Shown here one piece after another: positions 1 through 10,203 of a stretch of 64,000 bases of DNA (position 1 is the stretch's first letter; each line of letters begins with the position of its first letter). This DNA comes from Candidatus Cloacimonadales bacterium (GTDB lineage: Bacteria; Cloacimonadota; Cloacimonadia; Cloacimonadales; JAFGVF01): positions 832,001 through 896,000 of the forward strand of contig OY762964.1 of NCBI GenBank assembly GCA_963667035.1, in the 5' to 3' direction. The notes below the pieces were generated by a model. The model was not told the DNA's origin. It ran no database searches and was given only the letters and a program-made list of their open reading frames with translations. The translations under genes and the position numbers were made by a program.

Positions 1-33
1 ACACGATAAAAAAGACTGTATTTCAGAGGAATA

Positions 34-558
34 ATGTTATCATTCAGTTTAGAAACTAAGAGGGATTATGATGATAAAGGAAAGCTCTTCCGAATGGAAA
101 CTCCTTATATATCTCAAGTGAAAGCTTACTATTTTGATTATTGTAAGCATAATACATTCGGAATAGATAATCCAAGATTAATCTCTAAAGGTAGTGAAAA
201 ACAAACGTCGTTGCAGAGTGAGAATCATTTTACCGGTGGGGAATTGACAAAAGGCCAAAATTCGGAGAGATTTAGAATTGCTATAGTAAAGTATGCCGTA
301 ACATTACTTCAAGCAAGAAACAAGATTTCCTGGAGATTCCCAATAGTTTTCGAAAACGCTTTGAACGGCGTTGTTTTTCACATAAACCGATTTGATAGCT
401 TTATGATAAAAGTATTTTGCGGGAAGCTATCCAATAAGATAGTTACAAAATATTACAGAATTGAAGGATTCACCTCCCAAGCATATATCGATAAGATAGT
501 TTGTTTGCATAATCTTCTTCATAATTCCTTCATATTCTCGGTAGATTGGGCATTCTAA
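34..558 (+). CDS. hypothetical protein
   Basis: 174-aa ORF with AGAGGA RBS-like sequence before the ATG; no motif recognised. Confidence 0.45.
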   Translation: MLSFSLETKRDYDDKGKLFRMETPYISQVKAYYFDYCKHNTFGIDNPRLISKGSEKQTSLQSENHFTGGELTKGQNSERFRIAIVKYAVTLLQARNKISWRFPIVFENALNGVVFHINRFDSFMIKVFCGKLSNKIVTKYYRIEGFTSQAYIDKIVCLHNLLHNSFIFSVDWAF

Positions 559-594
559 AGGTAATGCTTCCCGCTATTTTTGTTAGGAATATCT

Positions 595-1326
595 ATGTTA
601 GAGAAAAATGAAACCAAGATAAATGCTTTCTTTGAAGATTTTAAGGAAGTCGAAATCGGTAAAGGTCTTGATATAGCTACCGGTAGAGGAGAGTTTATTG
701 CTTTTCTCCGGAATATATTCAGCAATATAAGCGAGTTTACGGGAATAGATACTCATTCTCGTATACTTGAAATTGCAAAGAAAACCTTTTCCGATTGCGA
801 TTTCAGGCAAATGAATGCCTATCAATTGGATTATCCTGATTCCACTTTTGAACTTGTCAGTATCTCAAATTCTCTACATCATCTTGATGAACCGACTAGA
901 GTGCTTAAAGAGATGTATAGAGTATTGGATAAAAACGGTTTGCTAATAATCCGGGAAATGCTTTCTGACAATGGACAGACAAATGCCCAAAAGAGTCATA
1001 TTATGGTGCATCATCTCTCTGCAGAAGTTGATAAACTATTAGGAAGAGTACATAATCAGACATTTAGTGAAGAGGAAGTTATCAAGCTAGAAAGTAGTAT
1101 GAAATTCTCTTCATACAAGAGAATTACTTTTGATTATACAATGCCTGCTGAGCAAGTAGAGAAGAGTAAAGAACAGTATATCAATTTAATTGATGCAATA
1201 ATCAAACCGGCAAGAGAAACAGAAGTGTTTAAAGCATTACATGGTAGGGGAGAAGATATAAAGAATCACATATCCATTCATGGCTTTGCCCCTGCAAGAA
1301 CTCATTTCTTTGTCGGAACTAAATAA
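595..1326 (+). CDS. class I SAM-dependent methyltransferase
   Basis: LDIATGRG motif I, GID motif II, SLHHL; ATG at 595 after AGGA preferred over TTG at 580. Confidence 0.85.
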   Translation: MLEKNETKINAFFEDFKEVEIGKGLDIATGRGEFIAFLRNIFSNISEFTGIDTHSRILEIAKKTFSDCDFRQMNAYQLDYPDSTFELVSISNSLHHLDEPTRVLKEMYRVLDKNGLLIIREMLSDNGQTNAQKSHIMVHHLSAEVDKLLGRVHNQTFSEEEVIKLESSMKFSSYKRITFDYTMPAEQVEKSKEQYINLIDAIIKPARETEVFKALHGRGEDIKNHISIHGFAPARTHFFVGTK

Positions 1327-1413
1327 TCTCGTCCCGGGTAGCTCCGTGTTTTCACTCCATGTTTGCGGAGCTACCTTCTTATATAAACTGGTTGTGTCCA
1401 ATGGACACTTATA

Positions 1414-1450
1414 TAAAAGTAGTTCAAGCTTTTGGCTTGAACTACTTTTA
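1414..1450. terminator. bidirectional intrinsic terminator
   Basis: Perfect 16-bp inverted repeat taaaagtagttcaagc/gcttgaactactttta between convergent genes. Confidence 0.65.
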
Positions 1451-1479
1451 AAAACATTTATCTAATTGAACCGAATTAT

Positions 1480-2676
1480 TTACTTAACTGTCAATTCTCC
1501 TGCTTTACCAAGTCCGAATTTACACAAGACAGGACCAATAAGCATAATCAGGAAAGTTGTAGCTGTCATAACGCTTACAACCTGAGTAGCATAATCGTGG
1601 AATCCGTTTAACTCCAGATATTTTCCTGCAGCAAGAGACAATCCAATAGCAACACCGGCTTGAGAAAGAAGTGTGAATCCCAGATATTTCCTTACGTTTT
1701 TATCGCTTGAAGATACTGATGCTCCTAACCAGGCACCACCCCATTTACCACCGGTTCTGGCTACTATATATAGTAGTATTAATACAAGATATTGCCAGAT
1801 CATAGCAAAATTAAGTCTAGCACCTATAAGAGCAAAAAATACCATATAAACAGGAGGTGACCATTCTCCTAAAGCTGCATTAATTTTTCTGGATACAAGT
1901 TTGCTTTTATTAACTAAAACGATCCCGCTTACCATGTTTAAAAGAATTGGGGATAAGTGCAGATATGTTGCTATTCCGCAGTTAAGGAATAGAATTCCTA
2001 TAGAGAAAGCAAGTATAAAGGTCTTTGAGTAAGTTATCTTACCGACTAAATAGATTATCCAACCGATAATCGAGCCAATAACAATAGCTAAAGCAACTTC
2101 TTTTCCAGCTTCGAAGAAAGCTTCACCGATAGTGAGTCCATGTCCACCGATCAAGATAATAGCCACAGGAATAGATATAGTATAAAGCAGTAATGAGTAT
2201 ATATCATCCAATCCCATAACCGCATAAAGTGTTTTAGTCACAACACCTTTGGCTTTGTATTGTTTAATAACATCTGTTGTACCTGCAGGAGCGGTTGCTG
2301 AAGCCAAAGCTCCGTATATTAATCCTAAAGAGATACTCTTTGTAATAAGTGCTGTAATAATAGCGACTACAATGAACGTTACAGTTGCTTCAAAAATCAC
2401 AATCCAGATTATTGAAGTTCCCAGTTTCTTTAACTCTTTCAGCTGGAGTTCACCTCCAATACCAAAACCAAGCAGGGAAAGTGCTATTGTGTTGATGATA
2501 TCAAAATCACCAATGTTTTCTGTTTTTATTATTCCGACAATCGCCGGGCCTAAAATTGCTCCGCAAATGATGTAGCCTAGGACAAGAGGAGACTTGATTA
2601 TTGAGACACCTTTTGCCATTACTAATGAGAACAGTAGAACTGAACCTAAGAATAAAAATATAAGAGAATCCTGCAT
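1480..2676 (-). CDS. cation:proton antiporter (Na+/H+ exchanger family)
   Basis: About 12 hydrophobic segments; GGEL, ASATAPA, GLDD and LSQAGVAIGL motifs. Confidence 0.85.
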   Translation of the reverse strand: MQDSLIFLFLGSVLLFSLVMAKGVSIIKSPLVLGYIICGAILGPAIVGIIKTENIGDFDIINTIALSLLGFGIGGELQLKELKKLGTSIIWIVIFEATVTFIVVAIITALITKSISLGLIYGALASATAPAGTTDVIKQYKAKGVVTKTLYAVMGLDDIYSLLLYTISIPVAIILIGGHGLTIGEAFFEAGKEVALAIVIGSIIGWIIYLVGKITYSKTFILAFSIGILFLNCGIATYLHLSPILLNMVSGIVLVNKSKLVSRKINAALGEWSPPVYMVFFALIGARLNFAMIWQYLVLILLYIVARTGGKWGGAWLGASVSSSDKNVRKYLGFTLLSQAGVAIGLSLAAGKYLELNGFHDYATQVVSVMTATTFLIMLIGPVLCKFGLGKAGELTVK

Positions 2677-2861
2677 CAGTACCTCTTTGTTAATCTTTCA
2701 ATAACAAAACCAAGAATCCCTGATAAACAATTTGTCAAACTATTATAGATAATTTATTTGCTCTCTGTTTTCATTCTATTCAATCCATTATTGGATATGC
2801 TCTTTTTTTAAACAATCAAAAGACCTAGCAGTAAAACTGTTAGGACTCAAAAAAGGTTTGA

Positions 2862-3152
2862 TTATTTTAATTTTGCCAACGAATATGAGAAGCCAAAGAA
2901 TAATCCCGGTTTCCACACTTCTTTTAAGATATTATCTTTAGAAATATCATTGGAGATTATATCTCCTTGGATATATTGGGATTTTAACTTGTTGACCTTC
3001 GATAGAGTTCCGCCTACAGTAAAAGCAACTTGCCTAATGTCTCCATATAGTATTGATAAGCCCAATAAATACATTGGAGACTCTAAATTTAAACTTTCTG
3101 TACCTATCCCTAGAGACAAACCCGTGGTTGGAGGACGAGTAAAAGGATTGAT
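2862..3152 (-). pseudogene. 3' remnant of an outer-membrane/secreted protein gene
   Basis: Open frame with no RBS or clear start, ending GLFFGFSYSL (beta-strand-like C-terminus); in-frame stop just upstream at 3153-3155. Confidence 0.4.
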
Positions 3153-3270
3153 TTAAGGGATGAAAATGGGAGAGATTTAGGAGGAAGTAGAAACCAATTT
3201 TAATCAAATTACAACGTCCTAAATAAAGTAGACACATATATAACTGAGAGAAATTAAAGGTTTACAGAAA

Positions 3271-3738
3271 ATGAAACAGAAAACAGCATTATGTTATAGT
3301 GAAGTATTTAAACGTAAAGTAGTTAAAGAGATTGAGGATGGAGTTCTAACTATCTCCCAAGCAAGAACTATTTACAACATAGGTGGCTCCTCTACTTTGA
3401 AACGTTGGATTAATGAATACGGAATAAATGATCGGATAGGAAGGACGGTACATGTTATGTCAAAAACAGAAGAGACAGAAAATATATTACTTAAAAGAGA
3501 AGTAAAAATGTTAAAGCAAGCCTTAGATGATGCCCAAGTAAAGGCAGTAGTTTATGAAGCTTTGATAGATATAGCCAAGGACAAATATGGTATTGACTTA
3601 AAAAAAAAGAGCGCATTAGGGCAGTCGATACTTCAAAGAATCAGAGAACAAGAGAGCGAACTCGAATCGGAGTCCAAGCGTCCTGCAAAGCACTCGGATG
3701 TAGCCGAAAAAGCTATTACAAAGAGAAGAAAGTCTTAG
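3271..3738 (+). CDS. IS3 transposase OrfA (HTH)
   Basis: YSEVFKRKVV...YNIGGSSTLKRW HTH pattern; A-AAA-AAG slippery site within the A9G run at 3600-3609. Confidence 0.9.
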   Translation: MKQKTALCYSEVFKRKVVKEIEDGVLTISQARTIYNIGGSSTLKRWINEYGINDRIGRTVHVMSKTEETENILLKREVKMLKQALDDAQVKAVVYEALIDIAKDKYGIDLKKKSALGQSILQRIREQESELESESKRPAKHSDVAEKAITKRRKS

Positions 3739-4496
3739 AGCAAAAGATAGATTTTGAAGAAAAGGTAATCTCTAAAGTAATGGTTATACGTTCAGAAATA
3801 CCGGAGACCGGAGGTCGTAAATTACAGGAGCATCTTCTTGACCCTGAATATGGAGTTCCAATCACAGTTGGACGCGATAAGCTTTTTGATATACTCAGAG
3901 CTCATGGTTTGATGTTTAAACATAAGCCTCGTAAGGTATATACATCTGTCTCTGACCCGGATCATCAAGTATATCCAAATTTATTAGAGAATCTGACAGT
4001 AACTCGACCTAATCAGGTTTGGGTAACAGATATAACCTATTTGCAGTTAGTAAATAGCAAGCATTGCTATCTATCAATAATGACAGACTATTACAGTCGT
4101 AAGATTGTTGGTTTTACAGTACAGAAAGACATGACGGCAGAAAGTACACTTGCAACCTTCAATAAAGCTTATAAGAGTATCAAGCCTGCACCCGGCTTGA
4201 TACACCACTCTGATAAAGGTTCTCAATACACTTCAGGAATCTATACTAATCGATTGCAAGAGTGTGGAGTAGATATAAGCATGACCGGTCCTAACAAATG
4301 CTACGACAATGCGATAGCCGAGAGAATCAATAGGACTCTAAAGTATGAGTTTTATTTGAGAGATAAATTCAGAGATATAGAACAAGCTAGGAAAGTAGTC
4401 GCCGATGCAGTTTATCTTTACAACAATAAACGCTTGCATTGTGCACTAAAGCTTAAAACACCTAATGAATTTTATAATAAGGCACTTGCATCTTAG
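3609..4496 (+). CDS. IS3 transposase OrfB (DDE/rve), reached by -1 frameshift
   Basis: -1 frame is open from the slippery site (GVQASCKALGCSRKSYYK); WVTDITY, HHSDKGSQY and DNAIAERINRTLK motifs. Confidence 0.9.
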   Translation, partial: ERIRAVDTSKNQRTRERTRIGVQASCKALGCSRKSYYKEKKVLEQKIDFEEKVISKVMVIRSEIPETGGRKLQEHLLDPEYGVPITVGRDKLFDILRAHGLMFKHKPRKVYTSVSDPDHQVYPNLLENLTVTRPNQVWVTDITYLQLVNSKHCYLSIMTDYYSRKIVGFTVQKDMTAESTLATFNKAYKSIKPAPGLIHHSDKGSQYTSGIYTNRLQECGVDISMTGPNKCYDNAIAERINRTLKYEFYLRDKFRDIEQARKVVADAVYLYNNKRLHCALKLKTPNEFYNKALAS

Positions 4497-4602
4497 TCAT
4501 GCAAGTAAAACCATATTGTGGACAACTTTCGTTCTTTAGAGAACTTATCCATGATAAAAAGTGTCTACCTGCATCAGGACTTTACAAATTACAGTCTTAG
4601 AT

Positions 4603-4636
4603 AAAAAGAAAGACTGCCTCATGGGAAGCAGTCTTT
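4603..4636 (-). terminator. intrinsic terminator
   Basis: aaagactgc/gcagtcttt stem with a T-rich tail on the minus strand, downstream of 4659..7124. Confidence 0.6.
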
Positions 4637-4658
4637 ATGGAGTAAGAGACTGTAATCG

Positions 4659-7124
4659 TTATTTCATTAATACAAGCTTTTTAATGTCGCTATCTGATTG
4701 AGTGCTCCAGCGGACAAAATATATACCACTGGATAAATCCTTAGCATCTAATGAAACAGACATATTAGTTTCTTTACTAACCACCCCTTCATATATGGTT
4801 TTAACAACTTCGCCTTTGATATTATAGAGTTTTACTTCTACAGGTGATTTTTCTGCTATGTAGAAAGAAATATTTGTTGAAGGGTTGAACGGATTCGGGT
4901 AGATACCGGTTAGCTGTGACCTTCTCGGATTAGGAGTATCATGAGATTGTTCGTCGAACTTAGTGTATACCGGACCGAATAGCTCTATGTCTCCGTTAAT
5001 AGAAACACTTTCGAGCCAATAATAGTATTCGTAAACTTCAATCTCACTGTCTTTAAAGGTATAATTAGAGCCACTGTTACTATTAGTTGCCATAATTGTG
5101 GCATTATTAATTCTAATTGAAGTATCTGCGTTATCGGATTCAGAACGGAAGACATTGAAACCAACAAGAGCTGTTTCAGATTCTGTTCTCCAATTCAATG
5201 TTACATCCGTACTAGTAAAACTAACTGCATTGAAGTATGAAAGCACTACAGGTAAAGATTCATTTACATAATCAATTCCTTCGCTATCAGTTACGGTAGG
5301 TGTACTACTCTCGTCAACATAAAGAGCATTGTTACCGTCAGTTGCAAAATTATCTTCAGCTGTAACAGAGACAATCTCCGGTGATGAGTTTTCCAAATAG
5401 ATTCCTCCACCGGTATCGTTGGGGGTGCTACCGTCGGCATTACCTTTTGTTACTATAATGCCGTCAATTCTCGTTAATGGAGTCACATCCTGCATGTAAA
5501 CAACATGATAGCTGTTATCGTCGAAGCTACCGGGTTGACCTATATCACCACTAAGATAGATGAAATAGACATCGGAGTCTCTTGTCTCAAGAGTTGCATT
5601 ATCAATATCGTTTGCATCAGCCGGGAAACCGCCATAGATAACAATATCATCATCAATAATGAATGATTTAGCTCTGGAATCAGATTCCATACCGGGAATG
5701 TATTGAGTAGGATAATAAGTACCTTCTGCTATCCAGACTTCCGATGCTCCGGAATCCAAAGCTCCTTGTAACCATGAGGTTGCGTTATCCCATGAACTAC
5801 CGTCTGCCAAACCGGAAGAAGCACTCTTAACATAGATTATACCGTTTTCATCGGGATTTAGTACTATGTAGCCTTGTTCGTAAACACCCATATCAACTAC
5901 TGAGGCTAAAACTCTCGGATTACCGTCAATATCGGTTGTAATAACAGGAATCAAGCTGTCACTACCGTCTACGTAGCTATTGTTTCCTGCATTAAGACAT
6001 GGAGAAGTAGACTCCAATCTCCAATCACCATCAATAGGATTGAAGAAGTTTGGTCCTAACTCATTTGAGGCATTTAGATTAATATTGCCTGTTCCAGCAT
6101 AACCGCCTTCAATACCGCAATAGTTAAAAGTCATGCTGGTTCCACCGAACTGATTCTTATAGTTGTCCTGATAGTTCCCCCAAATGATAGTGTTAAATGC
6201 TTTCGTTTTAGTCGTATTTGTTCCGTAATTACCAATACCGCCACCGGTACCATTAGTTCTATTGTTTGCAATAACACTGTTCACAATGCGATGTCCGGTA
6301 GTCCAACTACAACAAACTCCACCGCCACGAGCTGTACTCTTGGATGAGTAGTTATCTGTAATAATACAGTTGATAAGATTTCCACCATTGTGAAGTTTAA
6401 CAGCTCCTCCATCACCTGAGTCACCACATTCACCAGTTGCCAGATTGTGACTGAACACACAGTCCAAAAGAGTACCTCCACTAAAAGTGATAGCACCACC
6501 GGCATTGTTACCGCGATTATAAATTAAACGACAATTTCTTAGATAAGCCTTATTGTTAGTTAGATGAGCTCCACCACCATCATGATAAGGTCTACTTACT
6601 TTCTTGTTTGCATTGCCACCACTAATAGTGAAACCGTCTAATACAGTCTGAACGTAAACACTATAGTAATAAACAACGTTATAGCTATTATTAGTGTTGT
6701 TAACTAAAGAAAGACTGTTGGTGTCCCATTGTGAATAATTATCATTTTGATCAAGATCTCCGCTAAGGATAGTCTCGTTTGCCTGACCTATCCAGTAGTT
6801 AGTCCTATCATCAATAGAAGATTCATCACCACTGAATCCACCATATACATTGATGCCATTTCTGATAATAAATGTTTTAGTCCTTTCTAAGACAGCTCCA
6901 TTAGGTCCTAACGGATTTGGACTTGTCGGATAATAAGTTCCTTTGGCAACCCATACCTCATCACCAGATGAAGCCGTATCAATAGCATCCTGAATTTGAT
7001 TAAATGCACTGCTCCATGTCAAACCATCACTATTTGTACCATCTTGTGATACATAATATGTGACTGAATTCAAGTTTGCGAACAAAACACATATTGAAAC
7101 AATAAATAGTAGTTTTCGTAGCAT
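4659..7124 (-). CDS. secreted beta-helix repeat protein with C-terminal Ig/T9SS-type sorting domain
   Basis: Signal peptide; two DG.SW..A...VWVAKGTYYP..YGGF..LSGD modules; GGG/N repeats; DIDGNPR..VDMGVYE; LPVVLSYF and YPNPFNPST C-terminal domain. Confidence 0.8.
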   Translation of the reverse strand: MLRKLLFIVSICVLFANLNSVTYYVSQDGTNSDGLTWSSAFNQIQDAIDTASSGDEVWVAKGTYYPTSPNPLGPNGAVLERTKTFIIRNGINVYGGFSGDESSIDDRTNYWIGQANETILSGDLDQNDNYSQWDTNSLSLVNNTNNSYNVVYYYSVYVQTVLDGFTISGGNANKKVSRPYHDGGGAHLTNNKAYLRNCRLIYNRGNNAGGAITFSGGTLLDCVFSHNLATGECGDSGDGGAVKLHNGGNLINCIITDNYSSKSTARGGGVCCSWTTGHRIVNSVIANNRTNGTGGGIGNYGTNTTKTKAFNTIIWGNYQDNYKNQFGGTSMTFNYCGIEGGYAGTGNINLNASNELGPNFFNPIDGDWRLESTSPCLNAGNNSYVDGSDSLIPVITTDIDGNPRVLASVVDMGVYEQGYIVLNPDENGIIYVKSASSGLADGSSWDNATSWLQGALDSGASEVWIAEGTYYPTQYIPGMESDSRAKSFIIDDDIVIYGGFPADANDIDNATLETRDSDVYFIYLSGDIGQPGSFDDNSYHVVYMQDVTPLTRIDGIIVTKGNADGSTPNDTGGGIYLENSSPEIVSVTAEDNFATDGNNALYVDESSTPTVTDSEGIDYVNESLPVVLSYFNAVSFTSTDVTLNWRTESETALVGFNVFRSESDNADTSIRINNATIMATNSNSGSNYTFKDSEIEVYEYYYWLESVSINGDIELFGPVYTKFDEQSHDTPNPRRSQLTGIYPNPFNPSTNISFYIAEKSPVEVKLYNIKGEVVKTIYEGVVSKETNMSVSLDAKDLSSGIYFVRWSTQSDSDIKKLVLMK

Positions 7125-7126
7125 TT

Positions 7127-7324
7127 TTACTCCTCGTTGTTATTCTTGTTTGCAATTAACCTACTGACCTGTTCGTACAGAAACAGAGGGAAAACCAGGT
7201 TCTTTATAGTACCATCCATAAGAGTTACAGTAAGATAACCTGAACTACCGCTTGTATAAATCTTACCAATAATTTCGGATGACTCAATAATAGACCTGAT
7301 TTCATTGAAACTTAGCTTTTTCAT
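7127..7324 (-). CDS. small hypothetical protein, first gene of sigma-54 operon
   Basis: 65-aa ORF whose 3' end supplies GAGGAG as RBS for the next gene; starts just after a -24/-12 promoter. Confidence 0.6.
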   Translation of the reverse strand: MKKLSFNEIRSIIESSEIIGKIYTSGSSGYLTVTLMDGTIKNLVFPLFLYEQVSRLIANKNNNEE

Positions 7325-7336
7325 ACTACATCATAT

Positions 7337-7352
7337 TGCATTCACGGTTCCA
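7337..7352 (-). promoter_or_regulatory. sigma-54 (-24/-12) promoter
   Basis: Minus strand reads TGGAAC-CGTGA-ATGCA, with exact GG-N10-GC spacing. Confidence 0.7.
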
Positions 7353-7436
7353 TTATTGATGATAGTTCATAAATGATTATTATATAATGAAATAGAACTA
7401 CTATAGTTAAGTTTTAATGCTTTTAAAGGTATCTCG

Positions 7437-7478
7437 TTTCCCGAAAACGTGAAACAGATGTATCACGTTTTCGGGAAA
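7437..7478. promoter_or_regulatory. putative enhancer (UAS) for the adjacent sigma-54 activator
   Basis: Perfect 16-bp inverted repeat tttcccgaaaacgtga-N10-tcacgttttcgggaaa about 100 bp upstream of the -24/-12 site. Confidence 0.6.
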
Positions 7479-7596
7479 TATAGCATTGAATGATTACTCA
7501 TAGAGTATTTATAGCTTATTTAAAAGTAGTTATCAAGCATGAAGCAAAAGCTTGACAGTATAATTATAAATGACTCTATGAAGTCAGGAGATTAAT

Positions 7597-9831
7597 ATGG
7601 GTTTGAAAACAGAATTATCTGAGAAGATTATTGATTGCTATCAAGAATTACTAAACACAGGAGATGAAGCTGACTGTAGTCTGCTTTCTCAATCGGTAAA
7701 GAAATCCTTTAAGGAGTTATTGGATGAAGGATATACTCCTTCATCAAACACAACAAATGCGTTTCTAAAAGTTATGGAGATATGCACTGAAAGGATGTTT
7801 TTAGAAGAGAGTGAGGGAACTATTCAGTTGATTCTAAAAGCAGGAGCTATTAACAATAGAAATGACCTTGTTACAACCATATTAACAAATCTTCTATATT
7901 GGTCTATTACTCTTAATCCTGAAATATGTGACAGTATTGTTAAGGCGATAGCAGATTCAATAACAGATGCTTGTCCTTATCTTATTGTTGCAAGAGCATA
8001 TTATCAGATACTTCAATACTACATAGGGTTGAAAAAGTTTGAGAAATGTCCTAAATACTTTGATAAATTGGAAGCAATAGTCAGAGTAGTAAACGAACCG
8101 AGAATATTTTATTACTACTACTTGAGTTACGGTTGCTACTATTATGCACGGGGAGACCTGTACAAAGCTATTCATAACCTATCCAGAGTTGTGCGGTATA
8201 AAGATAATCCTCCTGATTCTAATCAGTATTACAGAGCTCATTATCTGTTAGCTCTATCGTACGCATCCAATATGATTATGGATAAAGCAATTCGGCATAT
8301 TGATGTGTTGTTAAATGAGGATAGTGGTTTTAATAGGGAAAAGATGCTTTCCTATAAAACAAGGATGCTAAGTCAGAATAAAGAGTATGATAAAGCTGAA
8401 GAGATTCTGAATGAATTGATTGAATCCAATAAAGGAAACAAAGAGATTGAGAAGAAAGTGTATGCTGATTTATTCATGATTGCACTCATGCAAGATGATG
8501 ACAAAAAAATCTCCATGTATTATACTTTGCTTGATGATGAGAGCATGGTAAATGTGGCACCGTTGTTTAAAGACTACTACTATTTACATATCTCAGCTTT
8601 AGATAAGATTGATATTGAAGCGATTATGGAGAAATTCGATAAATCAGATAAAGCTAAGAGTCCATATTCCAGACAATTTCTCAATTTCTTAGTAGAATAC
8701 TATATCAAAAAGCATGATTATGAAAATGCTTACAGCTATCTCCAAAAGCTCTTGGCAAAGATTAGTGAGAGAGAAAGACAGTATAAAGAAGCCGAATTGG
8801 AATCGTATCTTGATTTGCTCGAGAAGTATGAAGAATTTAAAACAGAACAGATGTCCAAAAGAGAATTGGTTTCGTCTTTAGAAAAAGATAAACTCGAAAA
8901 GAGCATTATTGGTAAATCACTAGAGTTTAGGAAAGTTCTTGGTGATTGTAAGATTATTGCTAATGCCCATTTCTCTAATGTATTGATAACAGGAGAAACC
9001 GGAACAGGTAAAGAGTTAATTGCAAAATTGATACATTACTACAGTAATCGTCGAAGTAATAACTTCTGCGAGATTAACTTGTCCGCTATGTCTCCATCGT
9101 TAATCGAAAGTGAGCTATTCGGTTATAAGAAGGGGGCGTTTACAGGAGCTTTGGAAGATAAAAAAGGGTTATTGGAGATTGTGAATAACGGTACCCTATT
9201 CCTTGATGAAATTTCTGAAATTCCTCCCGAAATACAGACTAAGCTTCTAAAGGTTCTGGAGGAGAAAAACTTCTATCCTTTAGGTTCAACAAAACCTGTC
9301 TCATCAAATTTCAGGCTCATCTGTGCAACAAATCAAAACTTGATACATTTGACCAAAGAGGATAAGTACAGACTTGATCTATATTATAGAATCTCAAATT
9401 ATGAGATAAACCTCCCACCTCTAAGAGAAAGAAAATCAGATATCCCTCTGTTGGTTGATTACTTTATTACTATGTATTCTTCAAAAATGGGAGCTCCGGT
9501 TTTTTGTCTTACAAAAGAGCAGATGAATAGATTAATTGGTTTTGACTACAGCGGAAATGTTAGGGAATTGAAGAATCTTATGCAAAGAGTAGTCATTAGC
9601 TATCATAATAGCCTGTCAATTGACAGAATTATCGATGAATATATAAATCCTAAAGAGGTAAGGAGCAACTTTGAGACATATAATCTTGAGCAAATTGAGA
9701 AAGAGGCGATAATAAGAGCTTTGAACAGAACTATGGGTGTTCAATCAAAAGCAGCCAAACTACTGGGAATTAGCAATAATGCCATAGCTCGGAAGATTGC
9801 GAAATACAGTTTAAAAGGATTATGTAACTAG
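7597..9831 (+). CDS. sigma-54-dependent enhancer-binding activator with helical/TPR-like N-terminal sensor
   Basis: GETGTGKE, ESELFG..KGAFTGA, LFLDEI, LRERKSDI, GNVREL, C-terminal Fis-type HTH. Confidence 0.92.
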   Translation: MGLKTELSEKIIDCYQELLNTGDEADCSLLSQSVKKSFKELLDEGYTPSSNTTNAFLKVMEICTERMFLEESEGTIQLILKAGAINNRNDLVTTILTNLLYWSITLNPEICDSIVKAIADSITDACPYLIVARAYYQILQYYIGLKKFEKCPKYFDKLEAIVRVVNEPRIFYYYYLSYGCYYYARGDLYKAIHNLSRVVRYKDNPPDSNQYYRAHYLLALSYASNMIMDKAIRHIDVLLNEDSGFNREKMLSYKTRMLSQNKEYDKAEEILNELIESNKGNKEIEKKVYADLFMIALMQDDDKKISMYYTLLDDESMVNVAPLFKDYYYLHISALDKIDIEAIMEKFDKSDKAKSPYSRQFLNFLVEYYIKKHDYENAYSYLQKLLAKISERERQYKEAELESYLDLLEKYEEFKTEQMSKRELVSSLEKDKLEKSIIGKSLEFRKVLGDCKIIANAHFSNVLITGETGTGKELIAKLIHYYSNRRSNNFCEINLSAMSPSLIESELFGYKKGAFTGALEDKKGLLEIVNNGTLFLDEISEIPPEIQTKLLKVLEEKNFYPLGSTKPVSSNFRLICATNQNLIHLTKEDKYRLDLYYRISNYEINLPPLRERKSDIPLLVDYFITMYSSKMGAPVFCLTKEQMNRLIGFDYSGNVRELKNLMQRVVISYHNSLSIDRIIDEYINPKEVRSNFETYNLEQIEKEAIIRALNRTMGVQSKAAKLLGISNNAIARKIAKYSLKGLCN

Positions 9832-10203
9832 TCCGAGTACTAAGAGATATCGTTAATTGTATAATTATTTCACCTTATATATAGAATATCAAATAAAGAT
9901 ATTAATCACAATATTGCAGTTTTATGTATAATACTTACTGTGTATTGTTTTTCTTAAAAAAGCTCAATATATAGTATTTTTACACAGTATAGTATCAAAA
10001 TTAACAGAAAAGATAAAATAAGTTAGCGAACCGAATAATGATAATCGTTACAAAAATCACAATTTTATTTATATAGGTTAACATACTTGATGTTAAGTGA
10101 TTATGGAAAAATGTTAAAGATTAATTTGCTTAAGTTCCGATTTAGGTTGACAATCATAAGTGCAATAGTAAAAGGTGCTCAAAATAAAATCTTGGAGGAT
10201 TTA

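Larger units (their letters stand above)
3210..4586 (+). mobile_element. IS3-family insertion sequence, 1377 bp
   Basis: Imperfect 26-bp terminal IRs (tacaacgtcctaaataaagtagacac vs revcomp tgtaaagtcctgatgcaggtagacac); AAT target duplication at 3207-3209 and 4587-4589; orfA/orfB layout. Confidence 0.92.

Noticed and set aside
10087..10203. N-terminal extension of GdhA in the track ORF
   Set aside because: GGAGG precedes ATG 10204, and the recognisable GdhA sequence starts there.
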